DNA from: Candidatus Hydrothermarchaeota archaeon
GTDB taxonomy: Archaea > CAYFZR01
Assembly: GCA_046760505.1 (NCBI GenBank)
Contig: JBHIEG010000012.1
Coordinates: forward strand, 1 to 62,910
DNA: 62,910 nucleotides
Reading direction: 5' to 3'
The position numbers and the translations under genes were made by a program. A model generated the notes under the pieces. It saw nothing but the letters and a program-made list of their open reading frames with translations. It was not told the origin of the DNA and ran no database searches. Shown here in pieces: positions 18,512 through 29,121 of the stretch (position 1 is its first letter; every line of letters begins with the position of its first letter).

Positions 18512-19512
18512 CTTCTTAACACCGTAATTCTTCTCGTTAAACTTTTATGAACTCTATCCAAATAGTATTCAACCTCAGTAAGTCCTGTTTTGCTTATTAT
18601 ATCCTTCGTATCTACCTTTTCATATGGCAGAGATATAGCGATATAGGATCCTTTATCCAATACCCTTTCCATCTCACGCAATGATTCTAAGTAGAGATTC
18701 TCCAGCGTTAAACCCATCGTGCTTGCGGATATTCCATATGGAGGATCGGTTGCTATTGCCCTTATATCTTCAAATGGTATATCTCTTGCGTCTCCTATCT
18801 CGACTACGTATCTTTTGATTCCATAGAAATCGAGGTTTTTCTTAACCCCGGTTATTACCCTTTCATCCAAATCTAATCCGTATACCCTGCAGCCTACCAA
18901 TCCTGCTTCTATTAGTATTCCTCCCGCACCGCAAAAAGGATCTAGAAAACTTTCATTGGTTCTCGCCCTTGATAAGTTAACCAGACACCTTGCTGTTCTG
19001 GGCAAAATAGTTCCAGGGCGGAAATAAGGTCTAACCTGGGGCTTTCTCTTCTCGTATTGGGATCTATCTATATTTTTAATTACTCTGCAAAAAAATGCTC
19101 TATCTGAGCTCAAAATTAGCACAAAAGGATTTTTCGGATTTTCCAGATCTACATGGCTTTCTTTTGAAATTATCCTACTTGCTATTTCTTTTTCTAAATC
19201 CGGAGACTTGAATCCCAGTCCGCTCCCCCTTACTCTTTTTATTCTAACCGAAAAAGAGCCTTCACATGAAACTTCTCCTGCTCTTCTCAGGATTTCCATT
19301 TTTTCTTGATCGCATACAAATTCTAGTTGACCATAGAAGTGAGCGTATGCCAATCTATTTGATAAATCTGGGCAATCTAATGCCTCAAACACAAAGACCT
19401 GATCTGCTTTATCAATCTCAGTGTACCTTACTGAAAGGGCTTCTAGAGTCGCTTTTACCTCTGCTTGAGGTAACTTAGGATGCTCACCTGAGAGCAATAC
19501 CAAGTATTTCAT
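18508..19512 (-). CDS. trmG10: tRNA (guanine(10)-N2)-methyltransferase (THUMP + MTase)
   Basis: LSGEHP.LP.AE, RPYF.PG, AR..VNL, LDPFCG.GG.L.EA, TDPPYG and VHKSL.R motifs; start placed at ATG 19512. Confidence 0.9.
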   Translation of the reverse strand: MKYLVLLSGEHPKLPQAEVKATLEALSVRYTEIDKADQVFVFEALDCPDLSNRLAYAHFYGQLEFVCDQEKMEILRRAGEVSCEGSFSVRIKRVRGSGLGFKSPDLEKEIASRIISKESHVDLENPKNPFVLILSSDRAFFCRVIKNIDRSQYEKRKPQVRPYFRPGTILPRTARCLVNLSRARTNESFLDPFCGAGGILIEAGLVGCRVYGLDLDERVITGVKKNLDFYGIKRYVVEIGDARDIPFEDIRAIATDPPYGISASTMGLTLENLYLESLREMERVLDKGSYIAISLPYEKVDTKDIISKTGLTEVEYYLDRVHKSLTRRITVLRS

Positions 19513-19528
19513 GATATCTGAAAAATTG

Positions 19529-20404
19529 TTAGGAAATTTCATTTGCTATTAGGGGAGCAAGAGACACTTTGCTCACCTCTCTTTCTATGGAATTTGTTGC
19601 TATTAAATCCGAGACATTGCATGCTAAAATTTTTGAAAGTGCATTTCTACTCAGAACAGGATGTATACAGGATGCAATTATTTTTTTTGCTCCCCTTTTA
19701 AATAAAAATTCACTGGCCTCGATTATTGTACCTCCGCTATCGATAATATCGTCTATTAAAACGATGTTCTTCTCCTTCACATTTAGATCTTTTTCCTTCA
19801 TTTTTACGATTCCGGGAGCCACTCTTTCCTTCTCAAGATAGTCAAAATCAATTTCTAAAATGCTGGCAAGATCTCTTGCCTTTTTCAGGGCTCCCCTATC
19901 TGGGGCAATCACCATAAGATCTTTTATATTCAAATCTTTTATGTAGGATGCTAAAAGAGATATTGCACTTAGTTCTTTAACTGGAACATTAAAAAAATCG
20001 ATTATGTGCGGTTTATGGACATCAAATAGGTATAGAAGATCAATATCGAAATGACTGATCATTTTCGCAACCGCCTTAACACTTATAACTTCTCCTTCTT
20101 CGAATCTCTTGTCTTGCCTTGAAAACCCAAGATAAGGTATAAAAACTCTCATAGAGTTTGGCTCATAGTCAGATAAAAGATCTAATAAAAAAATAAGTTC
20201 CATTGTATTTTCTACCTGGGGATAATGGGTAGACTGTATCAGGATTACATCCTCATCTTTTACTCCTCTCTCTATCTTTATGTACAATTCTCCGTCTGGA
20301 AAATGCTTTTTTTTAACCCTCAAAATATCGCAAGACAAGAGGCTTGCTACCTCCGCACTCAAGCGTTGGGATGCGGTTCCTCCTATTACAATAATCTCAA
20401 ACAC
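19529..20404 (-). CDS. prs: Ribose-phosphate pyrophosphokinase
   Basis: FPDGE, PY...RQDK.F..GE, APD.GA and LIDDIIDSGGT motifs. Confidence 0.95.
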   Translation of the reverse strand: MFEIIVIGGTASQRLSAEVASLLSCDILRVKKKHFPDGELYIKIERGVKDEDVILIQSTHYPQVENTMELIFLLDLLSDYEPNSMRVFIPYLGFSRQDKRFEEGEVISVKAVAKMISHFDIDLLYLFDVHKPHIIDFFNVPVKELSAISLLASYIKDLNIKDLMVIAPDRGALKKARDLASILEIDFDYLEKERVAPGIVKMKEKDLNVKEKNIVLIDDIIDSGGTIIEASEFLFKRGAKKIIASCIHPVLSRNALSKILACNVSDLIATNSIEREVSKVSLAPLIANEIS

Positions 20405-20484
20405 CCGAAAATTAACTCTACCAAGGGCTTAATATTTTTTTGGATTTCCAAAAATATATATACCGTTCTAGTTTAGATCCCTTC

Positions 20485-21819
20485 ATGAAGTTAGTGATAA
20501 TTGGAGCAGGTGGAGCAGGTCTTCCTGCTGCTTCTACCGCGAGAGATCTGAGTAAGGATGTTGATATAAAGGTAATAACTAATAGAAATTACATTGCCTA
20601 CTCCCCATGCAGTATTCCATTCGTATTGGGGGGAGAAATAGAAAGTTTTGAAGCGGTAATCATGCACGACCCTGTTTTTTATAAAAGAGAAAGAAACATA
20701 GACATCTTAAAGGAAACTGTTGTAGAGATAGATAGAGAAAACAAGTTGGTGGTAACCAATAAAAAAGAAAAAATACCCTACGACAAACTTATAATTGCCA
20801 CAGGAGCAAAAAATATCATTCCTAATGTGCCTGGAACAAATTTAAATGGGGTATTCCCAATAAACACAGATTTAGAGGGTTCTATTCACCTGAAAAATTA
20901 TATGCAAGGCAAAAAAAATGTGGTAGTGATAGGTGCAGGTGCGATAGGATTAGAACTAGCCTATGCGTTTGCTAAAAGAAGTTTCAAGACTTCTCTTGTA
21001 GAAATAATGCCTCAAATACTGCCAAACGTGTTGGACAAAGATATGGCTAAAATGGTTGAGAATGAGGTAACCAAAAAGATTAATCTACATCTCTCATCAA
21101 CCTTAGAAGAAATAAAAGGTGAAAATAAGGTAGAATCTGTGAAGATAAATGGTAAAATTATCAAATCCGATATAATTATTCTAGCAACTGGAATGAAACC
21201 AAACATTGATCTTGCAGAAAAATGTGGCATAAATATAGGAGAATTAGGAGGTATTGTAGTAGACGAATACATGCGAACGAATGATGAAGATATATTTGCT
21301 GCCGGAGACTGTTGTGAGACAAAATTCCTGCTGACAAATTCTCCAGTACTGAGTCTATTTGGCACTACAGCGATAAGACAAGGTAGAGTTGCCGGGACAA
21401 ATGCGGTTAATCTGTCAAAAAAATTTCCTGGAGTCTTGAACTCAATGGTAACTTTGTTTGGAGAACTAGAAATTGGTGCAACAGGTCTATCCGAATCTTT
21501 AGCAAAGAAAGAAGGGTTTAAACCTTTAGTAGCCAAGATATCTTCCTTCTCCAAGGCTAGGTTTATGCATGGAACGCCTATTCATGCTAAACTGATATTC
21601 GATAAACGAGAGGAGAGGCTAATTGGTGGACAAGTAGTTGGATATGAAGGTGTTTCACATATCGTAGACAGAATAACCATGGGAATATGGAAAGGTGTTA
21701 CCATAGAAGATTTAGAGAATATAGAAACTTGCTATGCACCTCCAGTAGCATGCGTTGAGGACATTCTTACCAAAGCTATAAGGAAGGTTGAGGGAAGAAG
21801 GACTATAAGTTGTATGTAG
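20485..21819 (+). CDS. NADH oxidase / CoA-disulfide reductase family flavoprotein
   Basis: GAGGAG, redox Cys in YSPCSIP, ATG, GAGAIGLE, AAGDC and YAPP motifs; start placed at ATG 20485. Confidence 0.9.
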   Translation: MKLVIIGAGGAGLPAASTARDLSKDVDIKVITNRNYIAYSPCSIPFVLGGEIESFEAVIMHDPVFYKRERNIDILKETVVEIDRENKLVVTNKKEKIPYDKLIIATGAKNIIPNVPGTNLNGVFPINTDLEGSIHLKNYMQGKKNVVVIGAGAIGLELAYAFAKRSFKTSLVEIMPQILPNVLDKDMAKMVENEVTKKINLHLSSTLEEIKGENKVESVKINGKIIKSDIIILATGMKPNIDLAEKCGINIGELGGIVVDEYMRTNDEDIFAAGDCCETKFLLTNSPVLSLFGTTAIRQGRVAGTNAVNLSKKFPGVLNSMVTLFGELEIGATGLSESLAKKEGFKPLVAKISSFSKARFMHGTPIHAKLIFDKREERLIGGQVVGYEGVSHIVDRITMGIWKGVTIEDLENIETCYAPPVACVEDILTKAIRKVEGRRTISCM

Positions 21820-21917
21820 GTCTGCCCAAAAGCATAAAAATATTGGCTTATAGATATAGGTGTGAGCAGTTGTTTAACGTTATGTTAACTCGATACCTAC
21901 TTCTCGGGTGATGAATA

Positions 21918-23792
21918 GTGGATGAAGCACACATCAACGAAACCACCGAAAAAATAGATGTCCCTAAGAAGTTGATAGATCAGGTAATAGGACAGGATGA
22001 GGCTGTAGAAATCGTTAAAAAAGCAGCACAGCAGAAAAGACATGTAATCCTAATTGGGGAACCCGGAACTGGGAAATCATTGTTAGCCCAGGCGATGAGT
22101 GAGTTGCTTCCAAAGGAAGAACTCCAAGATATAGTTATTTTTCCAAACTTTGAAGACAAAAATATGCCGAAGGTCCGTGTTTTTCCAGCGGGAAAAGGAA
22201 AGGAGATAGTCGATGAATACAAAAAACAGGCAAGAGCAAATGAAGAAAGAAGAAAGATGTGGACGCTTCTGCTCATTTTTGGGATAGTTGGACTAGGAAT
22301 AGTCATGAAGCAATTTTTGGTTGGAATAATAGCAGCGGCCCTTGTATTTTTACTCATCCAAAATATAAGGTACAGAGACGAGGTGATGATACCTAAGTTA
22401 CTGGTTCATAATCAACCAGATGGCAAACCCCCCTTTGTAGATGCTACAGGGGCTCATGCAGGTGCTTTATTCGGAGACGTCAGGCATGATCCCTTCCAGT
22501 CTGGGGGCCTGGAAACTCCTGCGCATGAAAGAGTGGAAAGCGGAGCGATTCATAAGGCGCACAAGGGGGTTCTTTTCATAGACGAGATAGCAACATTAGA
22601 TCCCAAGAGTCAGGTGGATCTCCTGACATCGATGCAAGAAAAAAAGATGTCTATAACAGGACAGAGTGAAAGAAGTTCTGGAGCGATGGTAAAAACAGAA
22701 CCTGTTCCATCCGACTTCATACTTGTAGCAGCAGGTAATTTGGACGTTGTTGGAAGAATGCATCCAGCATTACGGTCTAGAATAAGGGGCTCAGGCTATG
22801 AGGTATACATGAACGATACCATGCCTGATACCCCAGAAAACAGGGAGAAACTGATAAGATTCATAGCTCAAGAAGTCGTCAAGGATGGAAGAATACCTCA
22901 CTTCGATCAAGAGGCTACTGAGGAAATAATAAGGGAGGCAAAGAGAAGGTCAGGTAGAAGAGGGCACCTAACCCTCAAACTAAGGGATCTCGGAGGGCTT
23001 ATTAGGGTAGCCGGGGACATAGCGAGAGCAGAAAGAAGTCCTTTTGTCACAGGCAGACATGTAATAGCTGCAAAAGAAATGGCTAGAAGCCTAGAACAAC
23101 AGGTAGCGGACAGAGTTATAGAGAGAAAGAAAGAGTACAGAGTGTTTAAGACTGAGGGGGAAGAAATCGGAAGAGTAAATGGCTTAGCGGTAATAGGGAG
23201 TGATAGTGGGATAATACTTCCCATAGCTGCTGAAGTTGTTCCTGCTCAAAGCAGAGACGAGGGAAAGGTAATAGCAACGGGCAAACTAGGCAGGATAGCC
23301 AAAGAGGCGGTACAAAATGTTAGCGCCTTAGTAAAAAAGTATACAGGACGCGACATACGTAATTTTGATATTCACGTCCAATTCGTTTTGACCCATGAAG
23401 GTGTGGAGGGAGATAGTGCATCCATATCGGTTGCTACCGCAGTTATTTCAGCTCTGGAAAACATTCCCGTGGATCAATCAATTGGAATGACCGGTTCTCT
23501 GAGTGTAAGAGGAGACGTTTTACCAGTTGGAGGGATTTCGGCTAAAATAGAGGCAGCAATAGATGCAGGTCTAAAAAAAGTGCTCATACCAAAGGCCAAT
23601 GAGAAAGATGTAATCCTAGACGATAAATATAGAGGCAAAATCGAGATAGCAACCGTGGAGAATATAGGGGATGTTCTAAAGTATGCGTTGATTCAAACCC
23701 CAAGAAAAAATGAATTGTTAACAAAGATAAAGGATCTTGCTGAAATTCTCCCAGAAAGTATTGCTAAGGTTCCCGGACCCAAACCTGCTTAG
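21918..23792 (+). CDS. lonB: Archaeal ATP-dependent Lon protease LonB
   Basis: GEPGTGKS, transmembrane insert, GDVRHDPFQSGG, FIDEI, EGDSAS (catalytic Ser) and PVGG..AK (catalytic Lys). Confidence 0.97.
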   Translation: MDEAHINETTEKIDVPKKLIDQVIGQDEAVEIVKKAAQQKRHVILIGEPGTGKSLLAQAMSELLPKEELQDIVIFPNFEDKNMPKVRVFPAGKGKEIVDEYKKQARANEERRKMWTLLLIFGIVGLGIVMKQFLVGIIAAALVFLLIQNIRYRDEVMIPKLLVHNQPDGKPPFVDATGAHAGALFGDVRHDPFQSGGLETPAHERVESGAIHKAHKGVLFIDEIATLDPKSQVDLLTSMQEKKMSITGQSERSSGAMVKTEPVPSDFILVAAGNLDVVGRMHPALRSRIRGSGYEVYMNDTMPDTPENREKLIRFIAQEVVKDGRIPHFDQEATEEIIREAKRRSGRRGHLTLKLRDLGGLIRVAGDIARAERSPFVTGRHVIAAKEMARSLEQQVADRVIERKKEYRVFKTEGEEIGRVNGLAVIGSDSGIILPIAAEVVPAQSRDEGKVIATGKLGRIAKEAVQNVSALVKKYTGRDIRNFDIHVQFVLTHEGVEGDSASISVATAVISALENIPVDQSIGMTGSLSVRGDVLPVGGISAKIEAAIDAGLKKVLIPKANEKDVILDDKYRGKIEIATVENIGDVLKYALIQTPRKNELLTKIKDLAEILPESIAKVPGPKPA

Positions 23793-23803
23793 GAGGCGTC
23801 TTA

Positions 23804-25171
23804 TTGGACGACCTTCTTATTTCTTTGATAGATAAAATTCAAGATAGATTAGAATACGTGGACATTAGATACGAAAAAACAATTTTTACAAATATAACAA
23901 TAAAGGACGACGAAGAAAAAATAACAAATGGAATTGAATCAGGAATAGGCATTAGAACCTTCAACAAGGGAAATTGGGGTTTTTCCTCCACGAACGATAT
24001 CTCAAATATAGAAGAAATAGCAGAGAATGCAGTCAAGCTAGCTCTCCATGGTAGAAATAAAAGAAAAACACATCTAGCTGAGGCTGAAGTAAACAGAAAA
24101 GTATTGTTCATGAAACCTAAGATAGATCCAAGAGAAATAGATATTTCCGAGAAAGTAGACTGCCTTAAAATGGTAATTGATACCACAAAAGAATTTTCAG
24201 AAATTGTAAACTCAAATGCAAGTTACCTAGACAGATTTACCGAAAGAATGTTTGTAAACTCAGAAAATTCCTTCATTAAAACTTCTCATTTTAGCGTATC
24301 TCTTTATACTTCTGTAGTAGCGAGAGATGGAGAAAAAGTACAGGTCGGAACTGAAAAAATCGGACATACAGGGGGTTTTGAATTATTGAAAGAAGAAAAC
24401 CTAAAGGAACTTGGAAAAAGAGCATCAAAAAAAGCGATAAACATGTTGTACGCAGATCATGTGTCAGGTGGAAAGTATCCTATCGTGATGAGTGGTAAGT
24501 TAACTGGTGTATTCATTCACGAGGCTTTAGGACATGCATGCGAGGCAGATTTGGTGTTGCAGGATAACTCGGTACTAAAGGGCAGAATAGGCGAAAGAAT
24601 TGCAGATGATTCTGTAACCATATATGATGATCCAACATTAGAAAACAAATTCGGATCTTTTTACTATGATAGCGAAGGTGTTAAGGCCAGAAAAACGTAT
24701 GTTGTAAAGGACGGAATACTAAAGGAATTTTTACATTCTAGAGAAACAGCTTTTTTGATGCAAAGAGAGCCAAATGGAAAAGCAAGATCTCAGGGATATT
24801 CACATCCTCCGCTGGTTAGAATGAGTAATATGTGTTTAGAGCCAAAAGACTGGAAATTTGATGAAATAATTGAAGAAACGAAATTTGGCATATACGTAGA
24901 TGGATCTAGAGGGGGGCAGGTTGATACTGGATCTGGAATTTTCCAATTCAATGCTGAAGAAGCATTCTTGATTGAAAAAGGAGAGATTAAACAACCCTTA
25001 AGAGATGTTTCTTTCTCTGGAAACGTTCTTGACACACTGAAGAACATAGATGCAATTGGAGATACGATAGAATTCTCAATCGGGGTCTGTGGAAAATCTG
25101 GTCAGGGCGTACCCGTAGGGGATGGAGGCCCCAAAACTAGGCTTAGTTCTGTATTGATAGGTGGAAGGTGA
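23804..25171 (+). CDS. tldD: TldD metalloprotease subunit
   Basis: HEALGHACEAD, RMSN and CGK.GQ.VPVG.GGP motifs. Confidence 0.93.
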   Translation: MDDLLISLIDKIQDRLEYVDIRYEKTIFTNITIKDDEEKITNGIESGIGIRTFNKGNWGFSSTNDISNIEEIAENAVKLALHGRNKRKTHLAEAEVNRKVLFMKPKIDPREIDISEKVDCLKMVIDTTKEFSEIVNSNASYLDRFTERMFVNSENSFIKTSHFSVSLYTSVVARDGEKVQVGTEKIGHTGGFELLKEENLKELGKRASKKAINMLYADHVSGGKYPIVMSGKLTGVFIHEALGHACEADLVLQDNSVLKGRIGERIADDSVTIYDDPTLENKFGSFYYDSEGVKARKTYVVKDGILKEFLHSRETAFLMQREPNGKARSQGYSHPPLVRMSNMCLEPKDWKFDEIIEETKFGIYVDGSRGGQVDTGSGIFQFNAEEAFLIEKGEIKQPLRDVSFSGNVLDTLKNIDAIGDTIEFSIGVCGKSGQGVPVGDGGPKTRLSSVLIGGR

Positions 25172-26478
25172 TGTTTGATCTAGCTGAAAGAGCGGTTGAT
25201 CTAACGATTAAAGAAGGAGCATCATATGCGGAAGCATACATATCTAGATCCAAGAAAATTGAGGTGAAAATCGAAAAAGATGAGATATCTTTATCCAAAG
25301 AAAAAATTTCTAAAGGCATTGGAATCAGAGCAATAACAAAAAATAGAGTGGGATTTGCCTATACCACCGATTTTGAAAAAATTGAGGATGCTTGCAGGAT
25401 TGCTTACAAATCATCTACAAAAACAAGACCTGACCCAGATTTTAAAAAATTACCTGGTCCTGAGGCACCTTCAAAAATAAAAGGCACCTACGATAAAAGA
25501 TTAAGAGACTTAGAAGTTGAAGAGTGCATAGATTTTTCACTAAAAATGCTTGAAGGATGTAAAATCAATCCAAATATCTCATTAACCAGCGGAACAGCCA
25601 CATTTGCCTTAGATGAGTTTGCTATCGTGAATTCTGAGGGAATAAACTGTGGAGAGAAGGGCACATTTACCTCCGCATATATAACATGCTCTTACATAAG
25701 AGAGCCAGTAACAGGAGACGAATACAAGGCGAGCAGGTTTCTGGATATCGAGTACGAAGATGTAGGGAATCGGTGTGGAAGACTTGTTTTGGATTCTTTG
25801 AATCCAAGAAAGGTGGAAAGTGGAGTGTACAATGTTGTACTGAGTCCGTTTGCCGTGGAAGATATATTTTCATTTACTCTGATACCTAGTTTGAATTCTG
25901 AGGCTGTTTATAGGAAAAGATCAAGATTGAGGGGAAAAATCAATGAAGAGATTGCAGTAAAAGAACTAAATATTATGGATGACGGAACTTTGGCAAAGGG
26001 TCTTAATACAAGTTCAATCGATTCTGAAGGACTACCTACAAAATCTACGGAGATAATCAAAAAAGGAGTTTTGAGGTCTTATTTTTATGATAGTTATAAT
26101 GCGTATCGAGATGGTGTAGAAAGTACAGGAAATTCTGTTCGCGATTCATTTAGATCTGTGCCCGGAGTCGGACCTACAAATTTCTTGATTGAGGAAGGAA
26201 AATCCGAGCCAATCGAAGAATTGAAAGAAGGACTCTTAATAAAAGGAATCATCGGAGCCCACACTTCTAATCCAATCACTTGCGATTTCTCTCTGGAAAC
26301 CAAGAACGCATTTTATATAAAAGATGGGTCAATAGAATACCCAGTAAAGCATGCTATGCTGGTCGGAAATGCACTGGACATACTGAAGAATATAATATCA
26401 ATAGGCAAAGATTCTGAACAGGTTGGTTCAGTATTTTCTCCAAGTATACTTGTTGAGAAAATGAGGGTAGTTGCATGA
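25168..26478 (+). CDS. tldE: TldE/PmbA protein
   Basis: TldD/PmbA fold motifs (D.EG, STGN..R, GAH.SNP) without HExxH; overlaps tldD. Confidence 0.9.
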   Translation: MMFDLAERAVDLTIKEGASYAEAYISRSKKIEVKIEKDEISLSKEKISKGIGIRAITKNRVGFAYTTDFEKIEDACRIAYKSSTKTRPDPDFKKLPGPEAPSKIKGTYDKRLRDLEVEECIDFSLKMLEGCKINPNISLTSGTATFALDEFAIVNSEGINCGEKGTFTSAYITCSYIREPVTGDEYKASRFLDIEYEDVGNRCGRLVLDSLNPRKVESGVYNVVLSPFAVEDIFSFTLIPSLNSEAVYRKRSRLRGKINEEIAVKELNIMDDGTLAKGLNTSSIDSEGLPTKSTEIIKKGVLRSYFYDSYNAYRDGVESTGNSVRDSFRSVPGVGPTNFLIEEGKSEPIEELKEGLLIKGIIGAHTSNPITCDFSLETKNAFYIKDGSIEYPVKHAMLVGNALDILKNIISIGKDSEQVGSVFSPSILVEKMRVVA

Positions 26479-27527
26479 GGTGGTTTAGGCCGGATTCAAA
26501 TTTGGTACTTAGGGATCCTATTGTAAAGAACTCATTAAAAAGATACTTCGCTGTTATGAATGACGAACAGGAGAGTTATTTTATCCGATCAAAGTATGTC
26601 ACGGTAGATGTTGACCTCTCTGATGATTTAGATGCTCTCTTAAAAGAACACGATAAAAAAGTGAATGAGGTCAAGAAGGTTTCAGGTGAAGAGATACCTA
26701 AAATTTCTCTCTTAGATCTAAAAATTGAAATTGCGAGAAGAATACTGCATGAATGTGAATTCTGCGAAAGAAAATGCAAGAAAAATAGATACGAAAAGAA
26801 AGGCTTCTGTAAGGTTGGAGTCAAACCGATTGTCTCGTCAATATTTGACCACTGGGGAGAAGAGCCAGAGTTGGTTCCAAGTGGAACTGTTTTTTTCTGT
26901 GGGTGCACCTTCTTCTGTGTTTACTGCCAGAACTGGACAATTGCCAGGATAAAAGAAGGAGGTAGAAGTATAAACGCAGAAGACCTTGCTCTCCGATTAG
27001 AGCAGATGAGATCTCAGGGTATAAGGAACGTCAATTGGGTTGGAGGAGATCCTACACCTCATTTACACTATATTTTGGAAACTATGCATCACTTGGACGT
27101 AAACATACCGTCTGTTTGGAATTCGAACATGTACCTTAGCCAATTAGGTATGAATCTGTTGAACGGCGTGGTGGATGTTTACTTAACTGATTTCAAGTAC
27201 GGTAACAATGAGTGCGCAAGGAGGCTTTCAAAGGTTAAAAACTACTGGGAAATCATAACAAGGAACCACCTGATTGCTAGCGAACAATGCGAACTAATCA
27301 TAAGGCATCTTGTTCTACCGAACCATGTAGAATGCTGTACATATCCGATTTTGGATTGGATAAGCAAAAATCTCAGAAAAGATGTTAGACTGAACATAAT
27401 GCCCCAGTACAGACCGGAGTTCATCGCTTACAAGTACGATGAATTGGTTAGAAGAGTCACAGGAGAAGAAATGAGAAGAGCCAAGGAAAGAGCAATAGAA
27501 CTTGGATTGAACAACCTAGTCAGATAG
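26475..27527 (+). CDS. PflX-like radical SAM protein
   Basis: CTFFCVYCQN (CxxxCxxC), extra CEFCERKC..R, H.GEE, NVNWVGG.PTP, DFKYG, RHLVLP and M.QYRP motifs. Confidence 0.9.
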   Translation: MRWFRPDSNLVLRDPIVKNSLKRYFAVMNDEQESYFIRSKYVTVDVDLSDDLDALLKEHDKKVNEVKKVSGEEIPKISLLDLKIEIARRILHECEFCERKCKKNRYEKKGFCKVGVKPIVSSIFDHWGEEPELVPSGTVFFCGCTFFCVYCQNWTIARIKEGGRSINAEDLALRLEQMRSQGIRNVNWVGGDPTPHLHYILETMHHLDVNIPSVWNSNMYLSQLGMNLLNGVVDVYLTDFKYGNNECARRLSKVKNYWEIITRNHLIASEQCELIIRHLVLPNHVECCTYPILDWISKNLRKDVRLNIMPQYRPEFIAYKYDELVRRVTGEEMRRAKERAIELGLNNLVR

Positions 27528-27561
27528 AAACGTCAGTATAAATTTGATGGCTAAAAACTGT

Positions 27562-28170
27562 TTATTTTTTTTCCTTAATTCCAAAATCAAAACCAGCTTG
27601 CTCAAGTATTCTATCTATAAATTTTTCTTCGGGTAGTTTTAAACGATACTTCTTCAAAAGCTCGCTTCTGCTAAGATTTTTGCTCACATTCTCAGGCATC
27701 TTGTAGGGAGAGAGATCCACATCCACGTAGGGTGTTACATTTTCAATAAGATTGGAAATCGTGTAAAATTCTGCTTGACTGGAAACTCTTTCAAGGAAAT
27801 AATCTATTTTCTCGTTTATTTTCATGTCAGTTTCATATATCTTTATTTCAATTAGCTCACTTGACAGTATATCTCCCAAAGCACTGAAAGGCTCCCTGAA
27901 TTCATCTACAGGGTATTCCTTCATAAACTCTAGGATGTCCCCTTCTTCATACCCCTTTTTGACCGCTATAACTTCAAGTATGACTCCATTCCGAAAGATC
28001 ATCCAGGTTTCTAGGTCTGATTTTGGAGAAGTTACCTTTAGATGTCCAGAATAAGAATTTTCCACCATTACTCTTAAAATTTTGAAAAAATTATCCACAT
28101 CTAAGTCATATATCTCATTTGTCACCTTTGATTTACATAACACCCTAGCAATCAGTCCTAACTTTTGCAT
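27562..28170 (-). CDS. DUF2226-like protein (PATAN/DUF4388-like N-terminus)
   Basis: YSGHLKV...MIFRNG.I pattern and C-terminal SR.ELLKKY.LK.P.E..ID.IL helix; start placed at ATG 28170. Confidence 0.6.
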   Translation of the reverse strand: MQKLGLIARVLCKSKVTNEIYDLDVDNFFKILRVMVENSYSGHLKVTSPKSDLETWMIFRNGVILEVIAVKKGYEEGDILEFMKEYPVDEFREPFSALGDILSSELIEIKIYETDMKINEKIDYFLERVSSQAEFYTISNLIENVTPYVDVDLSPYKMPENVSKNLSRSELLKKYRLKLPEEKFIDRILEQAGFDFGIKEKK

Positions 28171-28280
28171 GAAATTATTATGTTCTCTAATATATATAAT
28201 CAATTTGTAATAATTCGCGTTTCGAAATCAGGATTGACAAAATTTTCTTATGTGGCTGAATAAAAAGGTTACAACTCAAA

Positions 28281-29117
28281 TCATTGCATAAGATTTCCGA
28301 TGTAAACCAGTTCTGCGTCTCCTTCCATGTAACTTCTGACTGGAAATTCATTTTCGTATACTGTCCTTATTGTTAGTTCTCCTCCAATTAAACTTACATT
28401 TACGATCCTATCTGTTTTCTTCAGAAAACTAGAGATTATCGCACTTGCTGTTGCCCCAGTTCCACATGAAAAAGTCTCTTCCTCCACCCCTCTCTCGTAC
28501 ACCCTAACCGATATCCTATCTTTTCCTTCTATCTTAACGAAGTCAACATTCGTCCCTTCAGGAAATATCGGATTGTATCTGATTTCCCTTCCAACCTTCT
28601 TAACATCTACATCTAGGCTATCAACGAACACTATGGAATGAGGTACGCCTGTATTAATGGAATATACCTCAAATCCTCCCACATTCTCACCTAAAAAAAG
28701 ATTTTCTGGATCTCCTTTTACTGGAATCTCTTTTCTTAACATCTTTGGAGTACCCATATCAACAACTATCCTATAGCCCTTATCTCCTTTCAGCATGCTT
28801 CCGTGAATAATACCTGAGAGAGTCTCAACCTTACACTCTTTTTTCATAGAGTAGTTTTCTAAGTAATGTTTTATCGCGCACCTAACCCCGTTACCGCACA
28901 TGTTTGCTTCGGTTCCATCCGGATTAAATATTCTCATTCTTAGATCGGCCTTATCTGATTTTTCTAGAAACAATACTCCATCTCCGCCTACAGAATATCT
29001 CCTTCTACAAACTTTTTTTGCGAAAACCGCTTTTTCTTCTTCTGGTACGATATTCCCTTTAAGCTCATCTATCAGAATAAAATCGTTTCCGGTAGCCTGA
29101 TACTTAAAGAACTTCAT
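28281..29117 (-). CDS. dapF: Diaminopimelate epimerase
   Basis: KYQATGNDF, MCGNG.RC, GVPH, GTNV and ERGVEEET.SCGTGA motifs. Confidence 0.96.
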   Translation of the reverse strand: MKFFKYQATGNDFILIDELKGNIVPEEEKAVFAKKVCRRRYSVGGDGVLFLEKSDKADLRMRIFNPDGTEANMCGNGVRCAIKHYLENYSMKKECKVETLSGIIHGSMLKGDKGYRIVVDMGTPKMLRKEIPVKGDPENLFLGENVGGFEVYSINTGVPHSIVFVDSLDVDVKKVGREIRYNPIFPEGTNVDFVKIEGKDRISVRVYERGVEEETFSCGTGATASAIISSFLKKTDRIVNVSLIGGELTIRTVYENEFPVRSYMEGDAELVYIGNLMQ

Positions 29118-29121
29118 CCAA

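Noticed and set aside
21863-21890. TTATGTTAACT resembling a dif/XerD arm
   Set aside because: There is no matching left arm (ATAA-N6-TTAT geometry is absent); it is better explained as part of a hairpin.
23804-27527. TldD/TldE plus radical SAM as a RiPP biosynthetic cluster
   Set aside because: The radical SAM protein is PflX-like with no SPASM or RRE domain, and no precursor peptide, YcaO or exporter is adjacent.
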